A DNA stretch of 20,431 nucleotides from an uncultured Clostridiaceae bacterium (GCA_950096965.1 CATNCV010000028.1:1-20431), one strand, 5' to 3'; positions 10,271 to 18,394 are shown, numbered from the stretch's first letter. Program-made: numbers and translations. Notes: generated by a model from the letters alone, not told the origin.

Positions 10271-10681
10271 ATGGCAGAATTTAAACTCAATGAAGAACAA
10301 AAAAGATTAATGACAAAATTTTCAGATGATGTGAATAAGTTAATTGAACGATATTCTAATATGGAGAAAGCATTTCAAGCTTCAACAAATATAGTTAGAG
10401 CCCAGAAAAAATCTTCTAAATCTGAAAGAATAGAAGATATACAATTTCAAATAACATGTGTTATAGAAAAATTAGGAAAAATAAATTATCTTGCTAATGG
10501 TTATGATAGATATAAAAGTGCAGCTTCGCTTTTACTTGTACTGCAATCTTTCATAAGTGATGCAACGTATGAATTAGGAAAATTAGAAGGCTATTCATCA
10601 GGAGATATTTATACTTTTAAAGATACTTTTGTATTTGCAAGAAATTATGAAGCACTAAAAAAGAGTTTGTTAGAAGAATAA
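10271..10681 (+). CDS. Hypothetical helical protein (136 aa)
   Basis: The ORF starts 4 nt after the stop of the upstream gene, an arrangement suggesting translational coupling. No recognisable motif. Confidence 0.5.
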   Translation: MAEFKLNEEQKRLMTKFSDDVNKLIERYSNMEKAFQASTNIVRAQKKSSKSERIEDIQFQITCVIEKLGKINYLANGYDRYKSAASLLLVLQSFISDATYELGKLEGYSSGDIYTFKDTFVFARNYEALKKSLLEE

Positions 10682-10682
10682 A

Positions 10683-10721
10683 ATTATAAGACTGTCTATA
10701 TAAAAGTAGAGGTCTTATAAT
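10683..10721. terminator. Hairpin between convergent genes, possibly a bidirectional terminator
   Basis: ATTATAAGAC (10683-10692) pairs with GTCTTATAAT (10712-10721). The loop is large, so this is weak. Confidence 0.35.
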
Positions 10722-10758
10722 TAACATTAAAGTAAGAGCACTAGAAATAGTGATCTTA

Positions 10759-11457
10759 TTATCTTTCATCACCCATATCAATTTCAATATCAATAATTTC
10801 ATTAGAAACTTCAGAAGCACTACCAGCCTTACTTACTGAGCTTTTACCTTTTAAGTCGTCAGAACTTACTTTTTTTAAAGGCTCAACATGTTTTAAAAAG
10901 TAAAAACCTTCTTTATTATAAACAGTGTTATCATCATAATCTATTACAAATTCTTGATTATTATTATTTTTAAATTCAACCCAGGTATGCATTTTTTTAG
11001 ACTTGTCTGAAATACCATAAACATATCCAGTAACAATACTATTAGGGAAGGCCAGCAACTGAGAAATATATTCGCTACTGAATTTATCTTTTCTAACAAC
11101 ACTTCCTTTAGAATTCTTATCATTTAGTGTTTCTGGTACAATATCAGAAAGCTTAGCAACTTTTATACAGTTAGCTCTTGTATTTATTGAAATATAATCA
11201 TTTTGCTTACTTGTAAACTTAACAATTCTTGATTTATTAAAACTATCTATTAATTTATTTTTTTCATCTTCAGAAAATTCATTATTATTTAATTTCGTAA
11301 TTGTACTATAAATAAAATATTCATCAAAATATAGGTGATTAGCCTCAGAAAGTAATCTCATGATTTCTTTTTTATTATTATCATGAGTAGCTTTATCATA
11401 TCTTTTATTCCAATCTTCACAATCATTTAATGAAAAAGTTTGATAAACATCTGACAT
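10759..11457 (-). CDS. Hypothetical protein with a possible transglutaminase/papain-like fold
   Basis: The only supported minus-strand gene. The ATG at 11457 is preceded by GGAAGGTG. The segment LLAFPNSIVTGYVYG...KMHTWVEF...VIDYDD resembles the GY...H.W.E...D core of transglutaminase-like proteins, but the expected catalytic Cys position is not clear. Confidence 0.55.
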   Translation of the reverse strand: MSDVYQTFSLNDCEDWNKRYDKATHDNNKKEIMRLLSEANHLYFDEYFIYSTITKLNNNEFSEDEKNKLIDSFNKSRIVKFTSKQNDYISINTRANCIKVAKLSDIVPETLNDKNSKGSVVRKDKFSSEYISQLLAFPNSIVTGYVYGISDKSKKMHTWVEFKNNNNQEFVIDYDDNTVYNKEGFYFLKHVEPLKKVSSDDLKGKSSVSKAGSASEVSNEIIDIEIDMGDER

Positions 11458-11502
11458 ATTAATCACCTTCCTTTCAATTAATATAAATAACAATACAAGT
11501 AT

Positions 11503-11531
11503 ATTATAGCACTAAAAGTAAAAAAACGCAA
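11503..11531 (-). promoter_or_regulatory. Sigma-A-type promoter candidate for the minus-strand gene
   Basis: On the minus strand: TTGCGT, 17-nt spacer, TATAAT, about 45 nt upstream of the start at 11457. Confidence 0.45.
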
Positions 11532-11629
11532 ATTTTGCATTTCTTTATTAGTACACTAGAAAAGTTTTTGTGAATTTTCTTTTTTATATAATTAGGAAAA
11601 TACTCTATTTTAAGTTATAGAGTAACAAG

Positions 11630-11790
11630 AAGTAAGTAATATATTTTATTTTTGTAATGAAGTCTTAGGCAGCTTGCATATCACGGGGGAATACTTTTTG
11701 ACATGGAGGGCGAAATAGAAAAAATAAGATATATTACTTACTTAGGAATAAACAACTTAATACGTAGCATGGTGAAGCCACTTTTTTATA
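11630..11790 (+). promoter_or_regulatory. Structured 5' leader of the autolysin gene; tentative c-di-AMP (ydaO/yuaA)-like riboswitch
   Basis: A perfect 15-bp stem AAGTAAGTAATATAT (11630-11644) / ATATATTACTTACTT (11729-11743) encloses ..CACGGGGGAAUACUUUUUGACAUGGAGGGCGAAAUAG.., followed by CAACUUAAUACGUAGC. From memory these resemble the ydaO conserved ACGGGGGAA, GGGGUGAAU and AGCUAAC.UCGUAAGC blocks. No covariance search was possible. Confidence 0.25.
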
Positions 11791-11881
11791 ATTACAAAAA
11801 TTATTAATTGAATATTTATGTATAAAAAAGGGAAATATATGGGAAAAGTGAGTAATATAAATTTTAAGAAAGGAAAACTAT

Positions 11882-14137
11882 ATGAAATATATAAAAATTT
11901 TAGTTATAATAATAGGAATCTTATTTTTAAATACTTTTATAAACATATCATATTCAGTAGCAGACAAGCTAGATGGAATAGATAGTTTTCCAGATAGTTA
12001 TAAGCCATATTTACAAGAACTACAAAAAAATCATCCAAATTGGAGATTTGTTTCATTATATACAAACTTAGATTGGAACTATGTTATAAATAATGAAAAT
12101 GTATTTGGAAAAAATTTAGTACCAAAGTCATATTCTGATAGGTGGAAAAACACTACTCCAGGAGAGTACAATGTTGAAGTAGACGCAGGGTGGGTTGATA
12201 GCTCAAGAAGGTCTTTAGAATATACTATGGATCCAAGAAATTTTTTGAACGAGGTTAGAATTTTTCAATTTGAAGCACTTTCTTATGATGAAAAAACAAA
12301 TAATATTGAAGGAATTGAAAAAATATTATATGGAACAGAATTTTATAATAGAATAGTAGATTATGTTACAAGTTCAGGAAATGTAATAACAATGAATAGC
12401 AAATATTCAGACCTTATATTGTCAGCTGGAAAGACATCAAAGGTTTCTACTTACCATTTAGCTTCAAGAATAAAACAAGAGGTAGGACCTTTTTTGTCAC
12501 ATAGTTCTATTAGTGGAAGGGTAGCAGGCTTTGAAGGATTATATAACTTTTACAATATAGGAGCAACAAGCTCTAGCCAGCCTATGGGGGCAATAAAAAA
12601 TGGACTTCAATTTGCACGAGATGGAAAAGGAGCAAATGAGGCTACTAAAAATAAATACTTAATTCCATGGGATAATAAAGAAAAAGCAATTTCTGGTGGT
12701 GGAATTTTTATAGGTTCTAGTTATATTAATGTAGGACAAGATACTTTATATTTGCAAAAGTTCCATGTAACATCTAATACAGGAGGAGAACTTTTTTGGC
12801 ATCAATATATGACAAATGTATTAGCTCCATATAGTGAATCTAGTTCTATTTATAAAGGATACAGTAATACTGGTATATTAGAAAATAGTATGACTTTTAT
12901 TATACCTGTTTATAATAATATGCCACAGATGTCTACACAAAACCCAAATATTTTAGAAAGTGATTATTTAAAAGATAATACAAAAGTATATGCAGATGTA
13001 ACAAATACTCTAAATGTACGTTCAGGCCCATCAACCTCTTATGAGCTATTGACAAAAGTTGATAGAAATGTAGTAATGACAAGAATTGCAAAAGGAAAAC
13101 AATCTCGGAGAATTATGGGATAGGGTAATTCTTCCAAACCGGAATGATGGGGTATGTATTTCAAAACTATTTAAAAGAACTACCAACTGTACAAATAGAA
13201 AAAATAAATGTCTCTATCGATAAAGCAGAAATTAAAAAAGGTGAAAGCATAAAGTTAAAAGTAGAAATATTACCAGAGGAAGCAAAAGACCATGAATTAG
13301 AATATACTTCAAGTAATCCAAAGGTGGCTACAGTAGATAATGCAGGGAATATAATAGCACAAAAATCAGGAAACACAACTATTACAGTAAAAGCAAAAGA
13401 AAATGATGTGAAGAGCGAAATTCAAATTAAAGTATATACACCAGTAACAGGAATAGAACTAACAAACGAAAATTTATTTATGCAAGAAGGTGATAGTTTT
13501 TTCATAACACCTATTGTACTTCCAACAGATGCAGATAATAAAAAGGTACTATATTCATCAGAAAATGAACAAATTGCTACAATAGATAGTAACGGAAAAA
13601 TAGTAGCAGTTAAAGATGGAAAAACTAAAATAAAAGTAACAACTGAGGAAGGCGGATTTAAAGGTGAAATAGAAGTAATAGTAGTAAAAAAATTAGGTGA
13701 AAGTGAAATCACTTTTGATGAAAGCTTAAATGTAGTACAAAATGAAATAACAGGTTGGGATACCCAAAAACTAAAAGTAGAAGATATAAAAGAAAAAATA
13801 CAAACCACATACAATATTAAAATATATGACAATAAAGGAAATGAACTGACAGAAGGACAAATAGCTGGAACTGGAAGTAAAATCAGAATAGTAGATGAAA
13901 ATAATGTTACAAAAATGGAATATTATATAATAATTTATGGAGATGTAAATGGAGATGGAAAAATAAATAGTTTAGACTTATTAGTACTTCAAAGACATAT
14001 ACTAGAAATAGAAAAACTAAATGGGTTACTTTTAAAAGCCCGGAAATATAAACAAAACTGGACAAAATCCTACTTCACTAGACCTATTAATTATACAAAG
14101 ACATATATTAACATTAAAACTAATAGAGCAAAGGTGA
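11882..14137 (+). CDS. Secreted peptidoglycan hydrolase: GH73 endo-beta-N-acetylglucosaminidase, SH3b, Big_2 repeats and a C-terminal dockerin. As sequenced it is split by three +1 frame breaks at 13106, 13139/40 and 14039-41.
   Basis: Signal peptide. GH73 motifs RIKQEVG, LYNFYNIGA and GQDTLYLQKF. Bridging gives TRIAKGKQSGELWDRVILPNGMMGYVFQNYL (SH3b). Big_2-like ELEYTSSNPKVATVDNAGNIIAQKSGNTTITVKA appears 2-3 times. Dockerin is GDVNGDGKINSLDLLVLQRHIL ... AGNINKTGQNPTSLDLLIIQRHIL, with the true stop TGA at 14135-14137. Confidence 0.85.
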
Positions 14138-14140
14138 GAC

Positions 14141-14277
14141 TAATAGGGACGGTTCCTAATCGAAAAAAAGGCAGAAAAGTAGATTGGGGACGGTTCGTAA
14201 TCGGAAACAAGATAGAGAAGAATTTAAGACCAAAAAACAAAAATAATCTGGCTAGATTAGGAACTGTCCCCAATCGG
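14141..14277. repeat. Inverted-repeat element built from three GGGAC(G/A)G-core copies, MITE/REP-like, immediately 3' of the autolysin stop
   Basis: TAATAGGGACGGTTCCTAATCG (14141-14162) and GATTAGGAACTGTCCCCAATCGG (14255-14277) are inverted copies sharing about 17 bp. A third, direct copy GATTGGGGACGGTTCGTAATCGGAAAC lies at 14183-14208. Confidence 0.7.
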
Positions 14278-14322
14278 AAACTAACAGGGAAAAAATTAAA
14301 AATAATAAAATTTAAGATTCAT

Positions 14323-14375
14323 TGTAGGGGCTTAATCGGTTAGGAATACCTAAGAGAATTTACCGAATTATGCCC
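14323..14375 (+). repeat. About 53-nt conserved intergenic module, copy 2 (see 9875..9927)
   Basis: TGTAGGGGCTTAATCGGTTAGGAATACCTAAGAGAATTTACCGAATTATGCCC matches copy 1 except for a few substitutions. Confidence 0.8.
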
Positions 14376-14408
14376 AACAGAATAATTGAACATTAAAAAA
14401 GATAATAA

Positions 14409-14446
14409 TATTATTGTAGGGGCCGCTACTAACGGGCGCCCTACTC
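14409..14446 (+). repeat. ATTATTGTAGGGG-headed GC-rich hairpin, counterpart of the polC terminator module
   Basis: GTAGGG(GCCGC)...(GGGCG)CCCTAC hairpin. It shares the ATTATTGTAGGGG head with 9809-9821. No T tract follows, so it is not an obvious terminator. Confidence 0.5.
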
Positions 14447-14480
14447 TCCAACGACTCTACTAAAAAGAAAGAGGAAAAAT

Positions 14481-15723
14481 ATGAAAAAAATAAAAAATAT
14501 AATAATAACATTTATATTAATTCTAATAACTCTACTAATACCTTTAGCAACTTTTGCACAACCACAAATGCAAATAATTTCAGACAAACAAACAATAAAA
14601 AAAGACGAAGAAATTAATATAAAAGTACAAATTACAGACACACCAATTGCAGCATGCACACTTGAAATATACTTTGATATATCAAAATTAGAATATATAA
14701 AAGGTCCCGAAAATTCAAACTATTCTAACAATAGAATAATTTACACATGGGTAAGTAGTACAGGAAGAAATCAGAAAGAATTAGAAACAGAAAAATTCCA
14801 ATTTAAAGTTTTACAAGAAGAAAACAATAATATTGCAGTTTTTGGAGAATTCTATAATGAGCAAGGGGAAAAAGTAGAAATAGGAAATAGTAATATAGAA
14901 TTAAAAGTAGAAAATAATGAAAGTAATATAAACCAAATAACAGAAAATATAGAACAAACTCGGAGCAAGTAATTCGGCCGCTTTAAGTATACTAAGGTTA
15001 AACCATGAAGGAATTAGTCCAGAGTTTCAAAAAAATGTAAACGAATACTATTTTATAGCAGACTCCACACTAGAAAACTTAGAAGTAACAGCAATTCCAG
15101 AAAGCTCAAATGCTACAGTTACAGTAACAGGAAATAGAAATTTAAAAATAGGTAAGAATGTAATCGAAATACATGTAGTATCAGAAGATAAAACAAAAGA
15201 AGAAACCTATAAAATATATGTAACAAAAACCACAAATGTAGAACTAGCAAATGCAAACCTAGAAATTCTTGCAGTAAGAGAAGGCTTCTTAAATCCAGAA
15301 TTTGATTATAATATAACCAATTATAAGGTGGAAATACCAAACAAGACAGAAAAAATAGAAATACTAGCAATACCGCAAGGCCAAAAAGCAACCGTATCAA
15401 TTTCAGGCAATAATGAAATGAAAGTTGGAAATAATATAATTCAAATAAATGTAATAGCAGAAGATGGAATAACAAACAAAAAATATGAATTAATAGTGCA
15501 CAGGAGAAATGAACAAGAAGAATTAAAATATGAGCAAGAAAAAGAAAATGGAGCTGAAAAATTATCTACTATTCTAGAAGAGCAAAATAATGGTAGCAAT
15601 GTAGAAGAAATAAAGCAAGACAAAAATAGTAATATTATATGGATTATAGGAACAATTGCATTAGGTAGTATTTTAATTATAGGAATTTTATATATTAAAA
15701 AAAGACAAAAAAAGATTGACTAA
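14481..15723 (+). CDS. Membrane-anchored surface protein: cohesin-like module, two cadherin-like beta-sandwich domains and a C-terminal TM anchor. As sequenced it is split by one +1 frame break at 14961.
   Basis: Signal peptide and a cohesin-like LEIYFDISKLEYIKG module. Bridging gives NIEQTGASNSAALSILRLNHEGISPEFQKNVNEYYFIADSTLENLEVTAIPESSNATVTVTGNRNLKIGKNVIEIHVVSEDKTKEETYKIYVTKT, then a second copy (LEILAVREGFLNPEFDYNITNYKVEIP...). The C-terminal TM segment is followed by KKRQKK. Confidence 0.8.
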
Positions 15724-15807
15724 TTATGTAAAATGTGATATGTTTACAAAAGTAAAACTTTATAAGTAACTATTTAATAATTATTAGTAGTGAAAGGAGA
15801 AGCAAAT

Positions 15808-15855
15808 ATGAGTGATGTAAAACAACTCTTAAGTTATAATATAGCTTAAGAGTTG
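15808..15855 (+). promoter_or_regulatory. Possible leader peptide (13 codons) overlapping an 11-bp perfect hairpin upstream of the NUDIX gene
   Basis: GAAAGGAGAA RBS, then ATG at 15808, MSDVKQLLSYNIA, stop at 15847-15849. CAACTCTTAAG (15823-15833) pairs with CTTAAGAGTTG (15845-15855). Confidence 0.2.
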
Positions 15856-15930
15856 CATAACTATATGCATTTAATTGTAATGAAAATACTAATAAGTTAA
15901 GCGAAAAATTAAAATAGGAGGAAAATGTAT

Positions 15931-16389
15931 ATGATACTTTCAACAGTCTGCTATATTGAAAAAGAAGGAAAATACCTAATGCTACACAGAACCAAAAAAC
16001 AAAATGATATAAACAAAGAAAAATGGCTAGGAATAGGCGGAAAATTTGAAGATAAAGAAAGCCCAGAAGAATGTACTATAAGAGAAGTAAAAGAAGAAAC
16101 AGGGCTTAGACTAAATTCAGTAAGGCTAAGAGGTATACTAACTTTTATAAATACAATTTGTGAAACAGAATATATATACATATTTACTTCAAACGATTTT
16201 ACAGGCAAACTAATAGAATGTGGTGAAGGTGACTTACAATGGATAGAAAAAGACAAAGTAACAAGTTTAAACTTATGGGAAGGTGACAAAATATTTATAG
16301 AAAAAATAAAAGAAGATGGTCCTTTCTTTACAATTAAATATATATATGAGGGAGATACATTACTTAGTTATGACTTGAAAGAATATTAA
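15931..16389 (+). CDS. NUDIX hydrolase (MutT/8-oxo-dGTP diphosphatase-like)
   Basis: Canonical Nudix box GGKFEDKESPEECTIREVKEETGL. AGGAGG at 15916-15921 favours the ATG at 15931 over the in-frame ATG at 15925. Confidence 0.8.
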   Translation: MILSTVCYIEKEGKYLMLHRTKKQNDINKEKWLGIGGKFEDKESPEECTIREVKEETGLRLNSVRLRGILTFINTICETEYIYIFTSNDFTGKLIECGEGDLQWIEKDKVTSLNLWEGDKIFIEKIKEDGPFFTIKYIYEGDTLLSYDLKEY

Positions 16390-16401
16390 ATAAAGAAGTA
16401 A

Positions 16402-16470
16402 AAGGTCAGGTTTGAAATGAACATGTGGTTTGTTTCAAATCTGACCTTGCTTTTTAAAACTTTTTTTTTT
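16402..16470 (+). terminator. Rho-independent terminator of the NUDIX gene
   Basis: 16-bp stem AAGGTCAGGTTTGAAA / TTTCAAATCTGACCTT with one G-U pair, followed by long T runs. Confidence 0.8.
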
Positions 16471-16473
16471 TAA

Positions 16474-16641
16474 AGAATTTTTCTTACACAAGATAAGTTC
16501 ATTTATTGGTGCAATTTAGAAATAAATATTGGAAGTGAGAAAAATAAGCTAAGACCAATTATTAATTTAAAAACATCGAAAAAATTCACCAACCACTATA
16601 TTATTCCATTAACAACGAAAAAAATACAAAATGAATTTTGA
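16474..16641 (+). pseudogene. Remnant of a MazF/PemK-family type II toxin gene: no start codon, truncated, no antitoxin partner
   Basis: The frame translates to ..QDKFIYWCNLEINIGSEKNKLRPIINLKTSKKFTNHYIIPLTTKKIQNEF*. This matches the MazF/PemK N-terminal pattern (GDIYW.NL.P..GSEQ.G.RP..I......(T)VI..PLTSK) but stops after about 55 codons and has no ATG/GTG start. Confidence 0.5.
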
Positions 16642-16697
16642 CTTTATATTGATTTAAAGAAATATTTATAGAAAAAAATAAAAAAGTAGTAAAAAAC

Positions 16698-16726
16698 TTG
16701 AAAGTTATGTAAAATTATTATATAAT
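16698..16726 (+). promoter_or_regulatory. Sigma-A-type promoter of accessory gene 1
   Basis: TTGAAA (16698-16703), 17-nt spacer, TATAAT (16721-16726). The whole block CTTGAAA.TTATGT.AAATTAT is duplicated at 17756-17785. Confidence 0.6.
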
Positions 16727-16806
16727 TAGAATAGTTATAGTTCTATATGATACTATTATTTTATGTATTCTAAAAAAATAATTTCTTTTTGAAAGGAGAC
16801 AGCAGT

Positions 16807-17493
16807 ATGAATAGAGCAGAAATAAAAGGAACTCCAGAATATTTGGAAAAATATTTTCCAATCGTGAGAGCAAGTGAACTCTCATTCAATGATGAATTCC
16901 TTAACCATCGACCAATAAATTCAACTCAACGGAGGTTAAAGAGAGCATTAATTACAGCAATAGGATCTGGCTTGTCTGATTTTAGAGCACAGCGAATGGA
17001 TGCATGCTTGGATGAAGATGGCAACATTTGCTTTAAGGCAGGTATGAAACCAGCAGTTGGAAAAACAGCTAATTGGTGGAAAGAAACTGCTGAAAAGTTT
17101 ATGCCAGAAAAAAGAAGCAGGATTGGAACAACAAAGGAAAGAGTTGCTTTCATAGGCTTACTTATCAAATACCTTATAGAGGAAAAAAGTTATACAGTAA
17201 GTGATGCTTGGAAGGCAGTATGTGACCAAAGCAGAAATTTAGGTCATTACTGGGATTCAGAAGACTCAAAACATGAGCTTGAGCTTACAGGGAGCAGAGC
17301 ATTAGGAAAATGGTGTGACCTGGCAAATACCAAGAAAATTACTATAAACGATGATTCAACAGGTGGATTCTCAGAATTTGGAGGTTACTATGGTATTATT
17401 GGATACTTGTATCCAATAGCAGAAAGAGTTAGAATATGCTATCCTAATAGTATCTGCAAATATGCAACAGGTTGGGTAGTGAGTAATATATAA
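16807..17493 (+). CDS. Hypothetical protein, accessory paralog 1 (family unknown)
   Basis: ATG at 16807 lies 8 nt after AGGAG. Visibly higher GC and different codon choice from its neighbours, including an in-frame CGG at 16930. Distant paralog of 17846..18394 (shared DEFL, QR.LK, AW..VCD, GGF, W.V blocks). Confidence 0.7.
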   Translation: MNRAEIKGTPEYLEKYFPIVRASELSFNDEFLNHRPINSTQRRLKRALITAIGSGLSDFRAQRMDACLDEDGNICFKAGMKPAVGKTANWWKETAEKFMPEKRSRIGTTKERVAFIGLLIKYLIEEKSYTVSDAWKAVCDQSRNLGHYWDSEDSKHELELTGSRALGKWCDLANTKKITINDDSTGGFSEFGGYYGIIGYLYPIAERVRICYPNSICKYATGWVVSNI

Positions 17494-17573
17494 TACTCTA
17501 ACTTGAGTAATAGCATGTTAAAGTAACTTCTAAGCTTTGTTTAGTAACAACAAACAACAGAAAAAGGTGATGC

Positions 17574-17665
17574 AAAAAAATAAGTCAAAAGGGACAGGGA
17601 AAATTGACATATCTTTAAAAGATAAAGTGTGTTAATTTATCCGTCCCTTTTGACTTACTTTTTTT
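17574..17665. terminator. Long hairpin with an A run upstream and a T run downstream; bidirectional-terminator-like; member of the GGGACGG repeat family
   Basis: AAAAAAATAAGTCAAAAGGGACAGG (17574-17598) pairs with CCGTCCCTTTTGACTTACTTTTTTT (17641-17665), with a loop of about 40 nt. Confidence 0.7.
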
Positions 17666-17756
17666 AAAATTATAAATATTTAGGCAATTACAATATAAAA
17701 AGTAAATAATTTGAATATAAAACAGATATATTATTATAAAAAAATGAGAAAAGGGC

Positions 17757-17785
17757 TTGAAAATTATGTGAAATTATGTTATTAT
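17757..17785 (+). promoter_or_regulatory. Sigma-A-type promoter of accessory gene 2, a duplicate of the 16698 promoter
   Basis: TTGAAA (17757-17762), 17-nt spacer, TATTAT (17780-17785). The downstream 5' UTR TTTTTGAAAGGAG is also shared with cassette 1. Confidence 0.55.
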
Positions 17786-17845
17786 AATAATAAGTCGAAG
17801 TAGAAATAAATCAAAAAAAAGTTTTTTTGAAAGGAGCATAATAAA

Positions 17846-18394
17846 ATGGGAAGAAAAATCAGAATAATAATGGGAAGTCACTTAAATAAAGGTGATGAAT
17901 TTTTGAAGTACACACCAGTAACTCAAGAACAAAGGCACCTTAAGGCAGGAATAATCACTTTGATTGAGAGAGGGCAGACATATGACTTCACAATTCTTAA
18001 AGATTGTGTGTCATTAGAAACCGGAAAAACTCCAAATGAAATACAGAGCCGGATTTCTGAAGTAGTACCCAAAGGACACCTGCTGACATACAAGGAGTTT
18101 CTCATGTACAAGGCAATAAAAATAAAAAGCCTCATGGAAGAGTACAACTATAAGGCTGAAGAAGCCTGGAGAGAAGTCTGTGACTACGGTGGGATTCCCC
18201 AAAAGAGGAAACTAATAAGAAATGATGTAAAAAAAGGTGGTGGATTCTTTACTACAGGTCTGCAAAAATGTACAGACTTTGCTGATCTTTACAGCGACTT
18301 AGCACTTAGAGTTGAGCACGCAGACAGACCTATCTTCGAAAAACTGGAAGTGTGGGTTGCAGTAAGCTTTCCAAATAAAAAGACTCAGAATTGA
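17846..18394 (+). CDS. Hypothetical protein, accessory paralog 2 (family unknown)
   Basis: ATG lies 9 nt after AGGAG. Higher GC, with an in-frame CGG at 18050. Paralog of 16807..17493. Confidence 0.7.
   Translation: MGRKIRIIMGSHLNKGDEFLKYTPVTQEQRHLKAGIITLIERGQTYDFTILKDCVSLETGKTPNEIQSRISEVVPKGHLLTYKEFLMYKAIKIKSLMEEYNYKAEEAWREVCDYGGIPQKRKLIRNDVKKGGGFFTTGLQKCTDFADLYSDLALRVEHADRPIFEKLEVWVAVSFPNKKTQN

Noticed and set aside
14138-14343. C-terminal 70 aa of ORF 13144..14343 (..RKYKQNWTKSYFTRPINY...GTVPNRK...)
   Set aside because: This is out-of-frame read-through into the intergenic repeat array after the frame break at 14039-41. The corrected frame completes a canonical second dockerin repeat and stops at 14137. 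The recurring GTVPNRK peptides are just translated GGGACGG repeats.
4838-16389. Uneven A-over-T skew among + strand genes as evidence of mosaic origin: very T-poor in 1102..2289, most of polC and 14481..16389; more T-rich in 2413..4710 and 10066..13100
   Set aside because: It is real by eye, but it can be explained by amino-acid composition and expression-linked codon choice. Without computed statistics I cannot separate it from normal within-genome variation. Only the 16474..18408 islet and the last 100 nt show a clear GC shift as well.
16789-16806. TTG start at 16789 for accessory gene 1; also ATG 177, GTG 18550 and ATG 19670 as starts of their genes
   Set aside because: In each case a downstream in-frame ATG (16807, 195, 18559, 19685) sits 6-9 nt after a clear GGAGG-type RBS, while the upstream start overlaps or precedes the RBS.
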